Assembly: GCF_009914755.1 (NCBI RefSeq)
Contig: NC_060927.1
Strand: one strand, 5' to 3'
DNA length: 64,000 nt
From: the human T2T-CHM13v2.0 reference genome, Homo sapiens
Below are positions 43,190-60,056 of this stretch, in pieces (the first letter of the stretch is position 1; every line of letters begins with the position of its first letter). The position numbers and the translations under genes were made by a program. Below the pieces are notes generated by a model that saw nothing but the letters and a program-made list of their open reading frames with translations, had not been told where the DNA came from and made no database searches.

Positions 43190-43389
43190 AGAAATGCATC
43201 CTTGGGAAAAGAGAAATTACACTTACGCTGGGAAGAAGGTCAGGGACTTTCCCAGTCTCTGTGAAGCCTGTGTCTGGCAGTTGTGGAATGAGAAAAGAAT
43301 TGCCCACAGAGCTGGTTTTCTGCTGGCTAGAATTCTATGCCATTTATTTCCCCCCGTAACTCATCTAAGATGTATATTGTTGTTTTCAG

Positions 43390-43551
43390 GATGTGAAGCT
43401 GCTGCACAAACAGTTGGCAGGGTGTGAGCTGGAACAAATGGATGCTCCCATTGGCACTGGTCTGGACGACATCCTTGAGACGATCAGAATTCAGTGGGAG
43501 AGAGATGTTGAAAAGAACCGGGTGGAGGCAGGAGCCCTGCTCCAAGCTAAG
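43390..43551 (+). CDS. BFSP2: BFSP2 coding exon 4 ([54 protein letters not shown])
   Basis: ttttcag| acceptor and |gtgaga donor; 162 nt; overlaps ORF 43393..43608. Confidence 0.97.
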
Positions 43552-43916
43552 GTGAGAGGCAGGACCAGCATCCTCCACTCTGCCCTATGCAGAAGGAGGC
43601 CACGCTGAGCTGCAAACTAGTCAATGTGCAGACGAAGAAATAACAACGGTTTAGTAACAAGTTCAACCTCATTAGAAACAGAAGAAATGAAAATTAAAAT
43701 AATAGCTTTTTGTTTACCTATCTAAAAGTAGAAAATGTTTAAAATGGTAAAAATGCTGGCAAGTATGTGGAGAAGTAGGTTCTCTACTGTATTACTGAAG
43801 AGCATAAACTAGTGCACTGCCTTTGAATAAGAAATTTAGTAATATGCACCAAGAGTGTTAAAATGCCCCTAGCTACCAACTGAATAATCTGAATACAATC
43901 CTGAAAGAATAATTGA

Positions 43917-44256
<340 letters not shown>

Positions 44257-44449
44257 TCACTGAAGCATTATAAGAGTGAAAAAAACATACACATTTACTA
44301 GTAGAAGAAAATCTAAGCCACAACCTACCTATGTGCAGTAAAATATCAGGCAGTTATTAGAATTAATGTTTATGAAGCATTTATAAAATAGGAATGTGTT
44401 CATAATATAAGGTAAAATGAGGAGAAAATGAGAGTACAGAATGGTATAT

Positions 44450-44675
44450 GCCAGAAGCCAAAAAATATTCTCTGTAAAGGACCAAACAGTAAATATTTCA
44501 GGCTTCTTGGGCCAGATGGCCTCTGTTGTAACTCCTCAGCGCTGCCACTGCAGTGTAAAAGCAGCTGTAGCCAATAGGTAGCTAATGAGCATAGCTGTGT
44601 TCCAATAAAACTTTATTTACAAAAATAAGCGGTGAGATGGATTTGGCCTGTGGACTGCAGTTTGCCACTTCCTGG
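44450..44675. mobile_element. MER58-type element (another copy at about 50715-50940)
   Basis: tgttccaataaaactttatttacaaaa. Confidence 0.75.
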
Positions 44676-47429
44676 TATATACAGTAGGGTAAAGCATTCA
44701 AACAAAGAAACTAGGCATTGAGAAAAAATTTTAGAAAGAAAAGACTAAAATGGGATTAGCAGTCGTTGCCTTTGAGTGATGGATCAGTCTGACACTTTGA
44801 GATGTTTTTTCTTTTTTGTTTTTGAGTATTTCTCAAGTTTTTGTTAAATAGTATACATTATATTCATGGAAGAAAAACAACTTTTATTAAACCTCATAAA
44901 TAATACAGGAATTAACCAGAAAATAGGATGCATAGGGTTTGTTCTTCCCTTCTCCATCTCCCACCCATTTCTGACTTTGTAATCTTGAGACAGAGGATGA
45001 AAAGTGACAAGGAAGGAAAATGTGGAAAAGTAGAGAAAATAAGGTAGATGTCTGAGTTAAGGCAAAAGGCTGTTTCTGAGCTCTTGATTACTATTTAGTG
45101 GTTCTTGATCCTGGCTACGCAGCAGAATTATTTCAGAGCATTTTCAAAAATCGCCATCCCAGACCAACCAAATCAGACAGAGGAGAGGGACTTTGTGATT
45201 TTTAAAGCTCTCTGGATGATTCTAATATGCAGCCAGATTTGAGAACCATAAGAATTATAAAAAGCTATGAAAAGAAAAATAGGAGAGGCTTTTCTGTCCT
45301 TTCTCCCACCATACTCCCTCTATCCCCCAAGTATCAACAAGAACCTTCCCAGCAGGGTCTTCATCAATTCTGGATTCCCAAAATGTTCTCCAGCCTAGAA
45401 AACATCCTTTCACTCACCCATTTCTCCAACCCCTACCCCGTTTCAATAGCTTCCTTTCTTTCTAACCACCAATCATTGAGCCAGGTCACTACAAACACTT
45501 TTTTATGGCAAATAGAGCCTAGTTATTAAAAAAATGACTTCCCCTCGCCCCACCCAACCTGATGAGAAGTGGAGCAACACAGAGGTAAAGTGAAGCCATA
45601 GATTTGAGTTTGGTCCATTGCCTTTTTTAACAGACTCATGACAGATAACAGATAATTAATGGTCCTAGAGACCATCTGATCCCATTCCCTAATTTTAGGT
45701 GTGAGGAAACTGAGACCCAGAGAGTGCAGGTGACTTCCCACGATCACACAGCTGGTTGAGAGCTCCATAGTTCAACTCTCCTGTTCTTGGTCCAGAGACC
45801 TTTTCTCTGCATTGGGCTGCATCGTTTCTCCCCTGGCTCTGCTTCTAAAGCTAAACCTCAGAGGCCCAGCAGTTTGCAAACTTTGCTTCTGTCCCAGCCC
45901 TCCTGCGGTGTGCACCACACTGTGGTAACTGTTTCTTTGGGAAAGGACAGACTATTATAATTATCAGAAATAAATCCTTCATAGTATGAAAAAGAAAAAA
46001 AAAAGGTCATTATTATCTCCTCCTCACCCCTTGGAGAATCATCACTAGCCCAACAGTAACTCAAACATTAATTCTGAACAGATTCATTAGTGTTTTTTTA
46101 ATAGAGTAATCTGAAAGCTACATCTCAGAGAAAACAGACAGTATTTGTTTTAGCTTGGCCAATGCTGCCTGGGCCTCTTGCAGAAAGGCAGAGCTCAGAA
46201 AATATTTGCAGAATGAGTGAATTCCTCTGATCATCAACAGAGATCTGAACTGACAGCCAGAATTCCTCCAATAAATAGTTTTGTCAGTTGCAGTTGTGCC
46301 CTCAGGGGCTGACATTTGCCCATCCTGAGCATCTCTTGTCGGTTTCTTGGCGGCATAGCATAAATGTGAAATGGCTTAGCACACACAGCTTTCAAAAGCT
46401 TTTGTAAAGAAAATGCAAGCATGCATTTAATTACCTTTCGGACCACAGAGGCTGAAAATTAATTAACATGATTAATTTATATCTTAGTTTAGGTTCCTTC
46501 AGAAGCAGATCCTGAAACAAATATTGGAGTTAAGGTAGTTTACCTGGAAGTTGGGGAGTTAAAAACCAACAAAATACCAGTAGAGGAGAAGCAAAGAAGG
46601 GAACCAACAAAGAATGCCTAATCAAACCAGTTACCACTGTGGGAGACTGACGTGTAAACCAAGAAGAATTGTGAGAAACGGTATAGACTACAGGAGAGGG
46701 GAAAGGCAAGGGAGCTGAGATGTTAATACCATCTCCCAACAGTTTTCTGCCATCTGCTATCAGAGTGGCCTTCCAAAGGCTTCAGAGAAACTCTCAGGCA
46801 AAAAGATGCAGAATCTGGCAGGGGGAACAGGAGAGCACTAAACTGCGAAAGCCTAAGGGATAAAGGTGGTACCATCAGCATCTGCTAGAACTTATCTGCC
46901 AATTCTGTTTATTTTTTCAGTCATTAAAAGCTTAATAAAATAGAGACATAAAAAAATTTATTAAGAGGTTCTGGCTAAGGTCAGTGCAGTATTCATATTC
47001 TTTCCAGCTACGGTGTTACGAATGTCAGGAACCTCATGGTCCAGTTTTTGAAGCTTCTGAAGTTGTATGATTCAGTGATGACAGGATCAGATTGGTCCAG
47101 AGAATTTCTGGAGGGTCTTAAAGTCTAGTTCTTCCTTGTCTATTTGTTGTGGTTACCTAATGCAGGGTACTCAGGGATGCTTCAGGAACCTCAGACAACA
47201 TGCCACACCACACTCTAGACCTCCTAGTTAGTCAAGTAAAACAAAACAACTTTTTTTTTAAGTTGGGCACTGTGGCATGTGCCTGTAGTCCTAGCTATTC
47301 AGGAGGCTGAGGCAGGAGGATTGCTTGAGGCCAAGAGTTCAAAGGAGAAGTACACTATGATCATGCCTATGGATAGCCACTCTACTCCAGCCTGGGCAAC
47401 ATGGTGAGACCCCATCTCTTTTTTAAAAA

Positions 47430-48770
47430 ATCCTTTTTGTCCCCTATGCTCTTACAAAATGCTTCTGACACCAAATATGTAGGTTTGTTCCACACCAAGC
47501 AGATCTCCAAACACCAACTGAGTGTCCTATAATTCAATTCAATCCTGACACTACCTGCCTGAAGTAGTATCAGATCCCACAGGTTAAGGGCTCAGTCCCA
47601 TAAGACAGCCCTCACTTCAGATGACAAGTCTGGCCCTCCCATACTTCGGATGAACTGGCTATAAATTAGGGGTTCCCACAACCTCCTCTGCAGAGGGATA
47701 AGTAGATAGTTTGCTAGAACAGTGCCCAGAACTCAAGGAAACACTTTACATATTTTTGCCAGCTTATTATAAAGGATACAATTCAGGAGCAGCCAAATGG
47801 AGGAGATGCTTAAGGCAACGTATGTGAGAAGGGGCACAGAGTCCCCAACTCCAAATTTTTGACTCTATTATAATAACACTTGGCTTAAAATGCAAACACG
47901 TCATACAGCTATACAAAAATATTCTTTCTTTTATCCTTATTCTATAAGCTTGTTTTCTATTTTTAAGAGGGGTTTTTTTTAACCTTTTAAACTTTTTTTG
48001 TTAAAAACTAAGACACATACATACACATTAGCCTAGGCCTACACAGGGTCAGGATCGTCAATATCACTGTCTTCCACCTCCACATCTTGTCCCACTGAAA
48101 GGTCTTCAGGGGCAGTGACATGTGTGGAGCTTTCAGCTCCTGTAACAACAATGCCTTCTTCTGGAATTCCTCCTGAAGGACCTGCCTGAGGCTGTTTTAC
48201 CGTTAACTATTTTTCTTTTTTAATAAGTAGGAGTACGCTAATGATAAAAAGTATAGATACAGTAAATACATAAACCAGTAACATTTACTATTGTTAGCAA
48301 GTGTTATGCACTGCACATAATTGTATGTGCTAGACTTTTATATGACTGGCAGTGCAATAGGTTTGTTTACACTGCATCATCACAGGGTCTCACAAAGCTG
48401 CAATCAAGGTACCCACCAGGGCCGCATTCTCATCTTCAGAGTTTGTTCGGGTTCTTGGCATCGTTCAATTCCTTGCAGATGTAGGCTTGAGGTCCTCAAC
48501 TCCTAGAGGCCAGTCCTCCTCAGAGGCCATTTACAACATGGCTGTTTGCTCCTTCAGGGCCAACAGAAAAGCATTACCATTTTAAGCCTTTAATCTGATT
48601 AAGTCAGGCCCACTCAGATACTCCTCTTTTGATCAGCTCAGATTTAGCTGATTTGGAACCATAATTACATGTCAAAATCTCTTCATCCTTGTCATCTAAC
48701 ATAATTTAATCATTGGACATAACACCAGAGAGCAGAGATCACGGAGGCCATCTTAGAATTCTGCCTACCA
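47430..48770 (-). mobile_element. Cluster: MER21-type LTR (about 47430-47850), Tigger1 fragment (about 47855-48380), MLT1 fragment (about 48380-48770); Alu monomer at 47262-47428
   Basis: gatcccacaggttaagggctcagtccca (MER21); agcctaggcctacacagggtcaggatc (Tigger1). Confidence 0.75.
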
Positions 48771-49551
48771 GGCCCCTCAGTGTTGAGCAGAGAACTAAAA
48801 CTCTGCCCCTCCCCAAACCCCCACCATCTCACCTCCTCTGCCAGGCAAACAGCTCTGCCCTCAGCCCACCTCCTGTAGGGGAGCACGGGTCCCGTCTTTC
48901 TTGTCCAATTTCTCAGCCGGGGCACTGAGACGTCTTTGTTCCCTCACCCTAAGCCTGGTCTGAAGTCTGCCTCCTGCAATGCAAGCTCTGTTTTGCCTTC
49001 TTAGCCTTCTTCCTGAGATGCTCCTTCCATTCAATTTCCATTTGCCCAAAGCTGACTCCACACTTTCATTCCCAGAGGCCTCATTTCTCCATCCCTTGCC
49101 TGCTGCAACTGGTTGATGTATACAATACCCAAAGGCTTAATCAATCACCAGCACAAGTTGGTGGTTGCCCGGATGTGAGAGAACTCAGTCTGTCTTAAGA
49201 GTCCCCAGGGTCAGGAACAAATGGATTGCTCCCATGCTATCTTCTCTAACAGCAGGTCTGCACTTGCCTCAGGTCAGTTTGAGGCATCTGCGGTCAGGAA
49301 CTTTATCTGAGCTGTAACCATCATGCCTTCATGTCACATGTCAGGATGACAGATTGTGCAAACTATTAAGAATGAAGACAAGTGAATAGATTGAAATGAA
49401 TTGTGAGGTTTCTGGTTGTTGATAGTCTTAAGGCCAAAAGAAACATTCAAGATCATCTAAAGCCGGGCCATCTAACTGAAATATCGCAATGATGGGCATA
49501 TTCTATAATCCACGCAGCAATCCGGTATGGTAGCTACTGGCCTCAAGGGGT

Positions 49552-49879
<328 letters not shown>

Positions 49880-50429
49880 TTATGTTTAATTTTTATTTCA
49901 GCAGCTACAGATGACTAGTGACTGCTCTATTAGAGGACAGCATAGGTCTAGATTTACCCACGAGGAGAATAGAAACCTTGAATAGCATCTCTCCATGTCA
50001 TCTACACTTACAAACAATAATTTTCCCTGTAAACACAGACATTTTATACAAGCTACTCTGTCTAGACTTTTTCTATTCTTGCTTTTACCAACAAGAGTCA
50101 ATATTTTCTAAGATATATGAAGCTGAATTAAAACAGGCACTGCCACTCTGACTCTAGACTACAAGATGACCTCTTGTGCTATTGCCATGTTAACCACCTG
50201 GGAAAGTTCCTTTCCAGGGGAACAGCAAAAGCAGGACGCCTGACAGCATCTGTAATCTAGAGGCTCCTGTGTGCCAATGAGCTGGCTGGACTCCCTGAGG
50301 GCTCTTCAGTGAAATAAGCCATGGCTGTAGCCAGTGTGCTCAAGGCAAACACTGAACGGGGATCCCGAAGCATCTTCATATCTCTGAATCTCACAGAGAG
50401 CTTCACAAAAGGGCCCTGTTTGCTTTTAT

Positions 50430-51300
50430 GTCTTTTTAAATTGACTTTTATTTTATTTCAACATGTATAATAGATAATACATTCACTTAGTTCAAAATTC
50501 AAAACATACAAAAGATATAAAGTGAAAAGTGCTATCCAACCCATGTCCTAGCTACCGTTTTTTTCTATGGGGGTCAATCAATGTTATCCTTTTCTTGTAT
50601 GTCATTTCAGAAACATTTTACCCATATACAAAGAAATATATATATTTTTTTTCCTGTCTTTTTACACAAGTAGTATTCAGAACATACTGCTTTATGACTG
50701 TATGATATTATACCACAGGGGGCAGCAAACTCTGGCCCACAAGCCAAATCTGACCCATTGCCTGTTTTTACAAATAAAGTTTTATTGGAACATGACCATC
50801 ACATTCATTTACATATCATCTATGGCTGCATTTGCACTACACAAGTGGAGTTCAATAGTTGCAACAGAGACCATATGGCCTGCTAAGCCTAAAACATTTA
50901 CTATCTAGCTAGTCACAGAAAAAGTTGTCAACCTCTGTTCTAGCTAACAGATGCCCCAGAATTTGTTTAGCCTGTTCCCTACTGCTGGGCACTGAGGGTG
51001 GTTTCCAATCTTTTGCTATTAGAAGAAATTAGTCACTAACATGGTATACCTCTCATTTCCATATATAGAAATGTATCTGTTAAATGAACTTATAGACATG
51101 GAATTGTTGGCCCCAAAAGTGTGTGCACTGGTAATTTTGATAAATATTGCCAATTGCTCTCTACAAAGATTATAACAATTTACATTTCTATCAGAAATAT
51201 TTGAGAGTGTCCATTTCCCCATATCTTCACCAATACTTTGTGATCTTTGCTAATACTATGGGTTAAAATGCATTTCTTACAAATTGCTTTTGTGTGTACT
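50430..51300 (-). mobile_element. Old L1M fragment
   Basis: ttgccaattgctctc..acaatttacatt..gagagtgtccatttcccc. Confidence 0.65.
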
Positions 51301-51483
51301 AGCAGATCATATCTTTTGCCCATTTGGGTTACTGTAGTTGTATGCTATAGTAGCATATACCAGTTGGTGCGGCTGCAAAGAGAATAGGGAAAATCAAGAA
51401 TCAGAGCAGATTTTAAAAGGAAAAACCAAAAGACTGTCTCATTGAGGTAGGTACTGCCTACTCTTTGCCTCTTCTTTTCTCTA

Positions 51484-52447
<964 letters not shown>

Positions 52448-55400
52448 AAAATCTATTTTTCTCTTTAGAATTAGACTCATTGCTGAGCCTCTTCAGCTGA
52501 TTTTATCAAGAGGATGAGCTTACTTATTACAAGGGGGCAGCAAGGTCACAAAGCCATTTACTCCTCTGTGTTTTGTTTGGCAGCTCCAACGGAGGCTGGG
52601 AATTGGTCCTACACTCAAACAGCAGCTTCAATAGCTGGGCAGTTCTTGTGTAAACTCACAGAGAAACTTGTAGCCTAGCCGGGCCAGCTCCTCTGCCAGT
52701 GTTGAAGTTTCATTGAGTGAGGCGTGCACTTCTTTTTAATCCCCGCTGAGGAGAGCCCATGTTGCTAGTGCAGACTGGATGGCATCCAGCCTTCTCCCAA
52801 ATAAATCCTACATCTGGCTGAGGAAGGTCGGGAGTGTGTGCTGCCTGTCAAAAGCTATCCTTAGCTAAATAACATATGACACCACGTAACTGTAAAATGA
52901 CTTACAACTGTTATAATAACGATAGCTGATCCTCTTAATGAAAAGGAGATTTGATCTCATCCTATTCCTGGTAGATCCTCCTCTTCTTCCCTAGTCCCTA
53001 GCATGTGCCTGGCCTACATTGTAAACCTTCAGTAAATATTGTTGAGCACATTCTAGGTGTAAAAAGCTATGTTAGGTCTCCAAAAGGGGCAGAGGGGTGA
53101 GTAAGAAGTTGTTCCTATAAATAAGGAACCCACAGTCCAGTGTGGATGTTGGCTGGTGTACCTGTGGGAGGCAAGAAATGGGTAGAAAGGCTACTCTTAT
53201 ACAAGGCAGGATGAAATTTTCCACAAAAGCAGAGCCAGCCAAGCTTTTATGGAGCATCTACCAAGGGTTCTAAGCACCCGACAGGTACGTTCTCATTTAA
53301 TCTTCCCAACATGAGATAGGTATTGCGATTTTAGCATTTTATAGAGGAGGAAACTGAAGCACAAAGAGGTTAGGTAATTTGCCCAAAATTACACACTTAG
53401 AAAGTGGCAACACTAGGATTCAAATTACACATTCTGACTCCAGAATCCACACTCTTAACTGTTAGTTTGAACTGGACAGACCACATGAATGGGGGGACCT
53501 TAATTTGGTTTTTAAAAGATTTTTTTGTAGAAACAGGATTTCAGTATGTTGCCCAGGCTGGTCTTGAACTACTGGCCTCAAGCAATCTTTCTGCTTTGGC
53601 CTCCCAAAGTGCTGGGATTGCAGATGTGAGCCACCATGCCCAGCTGATTTCTTTTTTAAGAATAAATAAGTGACATCTTGTGGAATGTGAGGTTGGAGAG
53701 GCCTTTGTCCCCGGGGGGCTAAAAGTTATGCCAGACTTCTGTTGGGAGCTTTTCAAACCAAGCGTCTGTGCCCTCCTTGTGGGATTCTTCTATGACACAA
53801 GATAGGGAACCCCTGTATTCCCACGGGACCATTGTTTACCTTTCTCCATGAACAGCACGATGAGATTAGCATGATCTCATGAAATCTGAAAAGTGCTTAA
53901 GAGCCAAGGCAGGTAGCTGCATTCTGCAGTAGAACAATGCTCATATAAAGCAATTGATCACCAGTTGCAAAAACCAGAGTGCTCGAGTGACTTGCTCAAA
54001 CCTGCACAGCAACTGCTTAGTGAAAGGCAGAAGACACATGAGGCAGACAGCTCATCTGGATACATGATCTGCTGAGAATGCACTTGCAATTTCAAAGACC
54101 AGGAAGTATCAACATTCTCTCTCCTCACTCTCCCTCCTCCTGAACACTCGCCTTCCCCTCACATTGCAAAGGTAGCGTTTCTGTCAGTTCTGGGTCATTG
54201 CCAAGGGTGTTTTTAGGAATGGCCATCCTAATCAGCAAAGTGGGTCAGGCTTGGACTTGGAGATGGTTCTTTTCCTCTTTCCCAGTCCTCATTTGTATCT
54301 TCAAGAGTCAGGCTCTCAAATACTTAATTATTACTTACTTAGAACACATTGCTTTTCTCTTCTCACATCCTTCATGTGCAAAAACATGCTAATTTAATTT
54401 GAAATTTTTGAAATTTGAAAATCTTTATTATGTTTCAAAATGTCGACATGCTCTCCTGCCCCAGAAGTAATTGCACTCCTACCCTGCTGGAGTGCAAACA
54501 CGGGCGGCTCAGGTCCTGTGCAGTTTCAAAGCCTAGGGATCAACATATCTGAATTTCATCACACACCCTAACAACTGCACTGGGCAACAAAACACAGCCC
54601 CACCTTCCTATCCTCAGGGGCTAGATGACACACCTACTCTCTGGTCTATGAGAAGAAATCTGGAGGCACAGGGTTGAAATGGAAACAGAAATAGAGTTAT
54701 AATAACCAGAAAGCACAAATCTAAAAAGCCATTGGATAAAAATGTGTAATACTTTTAGGTGAATTACTTTTAGCAGTGGTTACTTTAGGTGAGTTAAAGC
54801 AATTAAGTGGGAAGTATCTCTTGTGGTGAGATGATTTGAGAAGGAACACAGTGACATTAAAACTTGTAGTGATCAAATTACATTCTTTTGCTCTTTCAAT
54901 CTTAAACTAGAAGAAAGCCTCTGTTCAGTGCTGGGAGGTCTTTAACACCTCTGTTGTACTTATTTATCTCCCCTTTCCACAAAGAGAAAGCAGGCCTCAG
55001 GACTTAGCAGCTTGGCAGTCAATGGTAGCTGGAATTTAATAACAGTGGTTGGTTATAACTTTATTAATTTTTTAGTTATCCTCTACCCACTGCAAGGGAT
55101 ACTGTTTCATTGGTTTCTGCAGCGATCTAGAATTTTGCTTCCATGGACCAGGCAGGCATCACCTGGGAGTGCAGATTTCTGAGCTGTACTCAGGATCCCC
55201 TGCATCAGAGCCCACATTTTCTCAAGATCCTAAGGTGACGCTCATGCGCATTTAACCTATAGTTTCCATTTTAAACTAACCTACAGTTTACAGATAACTA
55301 ACCTACAGTTTCTATTTTAAACACGTTTATTTGTAAAAAAAGAGTGAATTGGTTTAAATAAAAATAGCATGAATGAGTATTAAGAGAGAGTGAAAAACCA

Positions 55401-55963
55401 TGTCAGTGGTGCAAGAACATTTGAGAAACACCTAAATACAGTATTTTTGCTAATGAAACTAAGACATGGTGTTTCAGCCAAGAAACCAGTAAATATCACG
55501 GAAGCTGCTCACTGGATTGAGAGGGGACAAATCATGTGAGGGACTGTGGCTATAGCCTTGGCCAGCAGCTTTACACTAGACCTGCACACCAAGGCTTTGA
55601 AACTTGCCTCCATTCCTTCCCTGGCTTTTCCGTATGGAGTGATGGTAAATGTTTCACAACTGCTTTCTGGGTGAAATATATGTATATGTATATATGTGCC
55701 AATCACATTCACAATACTGCTTAAGGGTAATGTAACAATTCCCACTGATTTTTTTATATATAATTTTAGAAATAACACAAATTTTAAGACAAAATACTTT
55801 GCTATTTCAATTACACCTATAACTTCGGCATGACTTGCTATTTCTTGGAAAATACACCAACCATTTTTTATAATTCTATCATCAACAATAGTATCACAAA
55901 ATCAGACTACAAAAAATGCTTGATTACTAATTTCTGATTAAGCAAAAAGTCACTCACATTATT

Positions 55964-56987
<1,024 letters not shown>

Positions 56988-58041
56988 AGTTACCAGTAAC
57001 AATGTAATTTAATTTCTAATGATGGCTGTGTTTAGCAGTCAACTTACAACATTCCTGAAAATTTAAAAATCAGCTCCCGTGAGCTGTTAGGAGCAAGTTC
57101 TAGCTCACTACTGCTCCCCGCCACCCTCTGTAGCTACATTGTCTGACTCCATTTGCCTTCCAGGATGCCCCACCTCCTGCCTCCTACCTACCTACACAGC
57201 CCATCTGGCCAGGAACCCAACCCCAAAGAGGGGAGAAAAACTGGGGTATTGATCATAAGAACTTGGAAGACAAGGAGTATACTTCAGAATGATCCACCTG
57301 AGTTTGGGGAAGATACCTCCAATTTTAGGGATCTTAAATTGGTAGATTGGTGGAGATGACAACATTAAATACTAGTTGAGAGCACATCTCTGGGTCTGCT
57401 GCTGGGCTGGAATCCTCTTTCTGTCTCTCACTGGCCATATAATCTTGAGCAAATAACTCAATCTCCCTGTGCCTCAGTTTCCTATGAGGATAATAATGAC
57501 ATCTCCTTCATAGGGTTGTAAAGATTAAATTAGATACTTGATTAAAACTGTTAACAATGTGCTTGGCACAGAATAAGTGCCTAATACATATTCTTTATTA
57601 TTAGTAGTATTTAACTATTACTATTTAATTGTTACTAAATATTTGACTCTTCATAGTAGCATTTAACTATTACCACTTTGTTATTTAACTATTAAATAAC
57701 AAAAGTTATTTGTTGGCCACTATTACTTTTTACATTTGGAAAATATATACAGTCAGTGTTTTCATGCTTTTAAGATTCTAAAGGCTTCAGCATGCTTAAT
57801 CTGCTGGAAGCCTCACAGTGACCACAGGAGGGAGTCATTATATGATAATGAGTATTATTCTCCATTCATTGTGGTCTGTGTTCCATGGGCAGAAATTGAG
57901 ACTCTGAGAAGCTGAATGATGGCTTAGGGACACAAGCTGTTGGCTAACCAGTCAGAGCTGGGTCCAAGGCTTCTGTTCTCCTTCAGCGACTCCAAAGCCT
58001 TTAATGGTCATTCTTTGGGCTCTGTAAAGACCAAACAGTAA

Positions 58042-58395
<354 letters not shown>

Positions 58396-59126
58396 TGACT
58401 TGGGGTTTCTAGCCAGTCCATTAGATTGGACTGTCTTTGGACTATTCTGTAAATAAATATTCATATGTGGTAAAAATGGTAATTCCAGAAAACCGTAACC
58501 TAGGAAAGTAGAGTTTTTTCCCTCCTCCATTCTTGGCTAGGAGACGTTCCATCAGACTGCATCGAAGAAAATGGGGATGATCTCTCATTTTTCATCTTTT
58601 CCCCAGAACAGAGGAGTAACAATGACCTGTTCCCCTGAATATATGGGGAGGGATCAGACTCTGTCCATCTTGCTCTGGGGAGAAGTTAAAAACACAGAGC
58701 TTCCCTTTGTCTGGGTCACAGTTGTGACTAGACACATGGTTTTCACAAGGAAACAGGCACTATCAGATTGACAGAGATCAAGTTGGATAACTCCTTGTTT
58801 GAGGGCGGTATGGGACAACTGGCACTGTCTTACAATGCTGAAATGGATTTCAAGTTTTCCGAAGGGAAATTTGCCACTATTCACCAAAATTAAAAATATA
58901 TACCCTTTCTAATCAGCAGTTCTACTACAAGAACTACTTTCTCAAAGACATGCTCTTGTATGAAAAATAAGGGATCAAAGCTTTTTCTTTGCACCATTGT
59001 TTGTAATAGAGAAAGAAAGACTAGAAACAATCTGAGTGTCCACCAGCAGAGACTTCTAAATACATTGCAGCCCTTCCAAACAAGACAACACTGTGCAGCC
59101 GCTATAAAGAATGTACTCAATTTCTA

Positions 59127-59206
59127 TTAGGTTGGTGCAAAATTAATTGCTGTCTCTGCCATTGAAAGTAGTGGCGAAAACTGCAATCGCCTTTGCACCA
59201 ACCTAA
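59127..59206. mobile_element. MADE1 (80-bp Hsmar1-derived MITE)
   Basis: TA-ttaggttggtgcaaa...tttgcaccaacctaa-TA inverted repeats, 80 bp. Confidence 0.95.
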
Positions 59207-59484
59207 TATGTACTGATATAGAATAATTTCTAAGATACTTTAAGTACCAAAGCACGGGGGGGGCAATACATATTTATTTATAAATATATAAACTATTTCT
59301 GGAAAGAGGAATAAGAAACTAGAAACAAGAGAACTGGATAATTAAGACACAGGAGAAAATGAGACTTTATAGTCTGTAGGAAATCTTTTGAATTGTATTT
59401 CATTTGCAGGCATCGTATGTTCAAAATAAATACATTTTTGTATACAAGTTGGTGAAGGGACCTGTTTAAAAAAAAAGACATTTC

Positions 59485-59765
59485 CAGCCAGGCGTGGTGG
59501 CTCACGCCTGTAATCCTAGCACTTTGGGAGGCCAAGGTATGCGGATTACCTGAGGTCAGGAGTTCAAGACCAGCCTGACCAACATGGTGAAACCCCATCT
59601 CTACTAAAAATACAAAAAAAATTAGCCAGGCCTGGTGGCGGGTACCTGTAATCCCAGCTACTCGAGGCAGGAGAATCGCTTGAACCCAGGAGGAGGAAGT
59701 TGTGGTGAGCTGAGATCGCACCACTGCACTCCAGCCTGGGCTACAGAGCGAGACTTCATCTCAAC

Positions 59766-59794
<29 letters not shown>
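59485..59794 (+). mobile_element. Alu (AluS) ending about 130 nt upstream of exon 5
   Basis: dimeric Alu with long poly(A). Confidence 0.95.
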
Positions 59795-59796
<2 letters not shown>

Positions 59797-59924
59797 TGTT
59801 TCCACGTGACAGCTGTATTTCCTCTGGTTAGAGGCAGTGGAGTGGTGATTAGAAAGGCTGGGAAGGAAGGATGGGCTCAGATTTCTGATCATCACCGCTC
59901 ACACTGAGACCTGACTCTCCACAG

Positions 59925-60056
59925 CAACAGGCGGAGGTGGCCCACATGTCCCAGACCCAGGAGGAGAAGCTGGCAGCTGCCCTCAGGGTGGAGTTACACA
60001 ACACTTCGTGCCAAGTCCAGAGCCTCCAGGCTGAGACAGAATCCTTACGTGCCCTG
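59925..60056 (+). CDS. BFSP2: BFSP2 coding exon 5 ([44 protein letters not shown])
   Basis: ccacag| acceptor and |gtaagt donor; 132 nt, in frame with exon 4. Confidence 0.96.
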
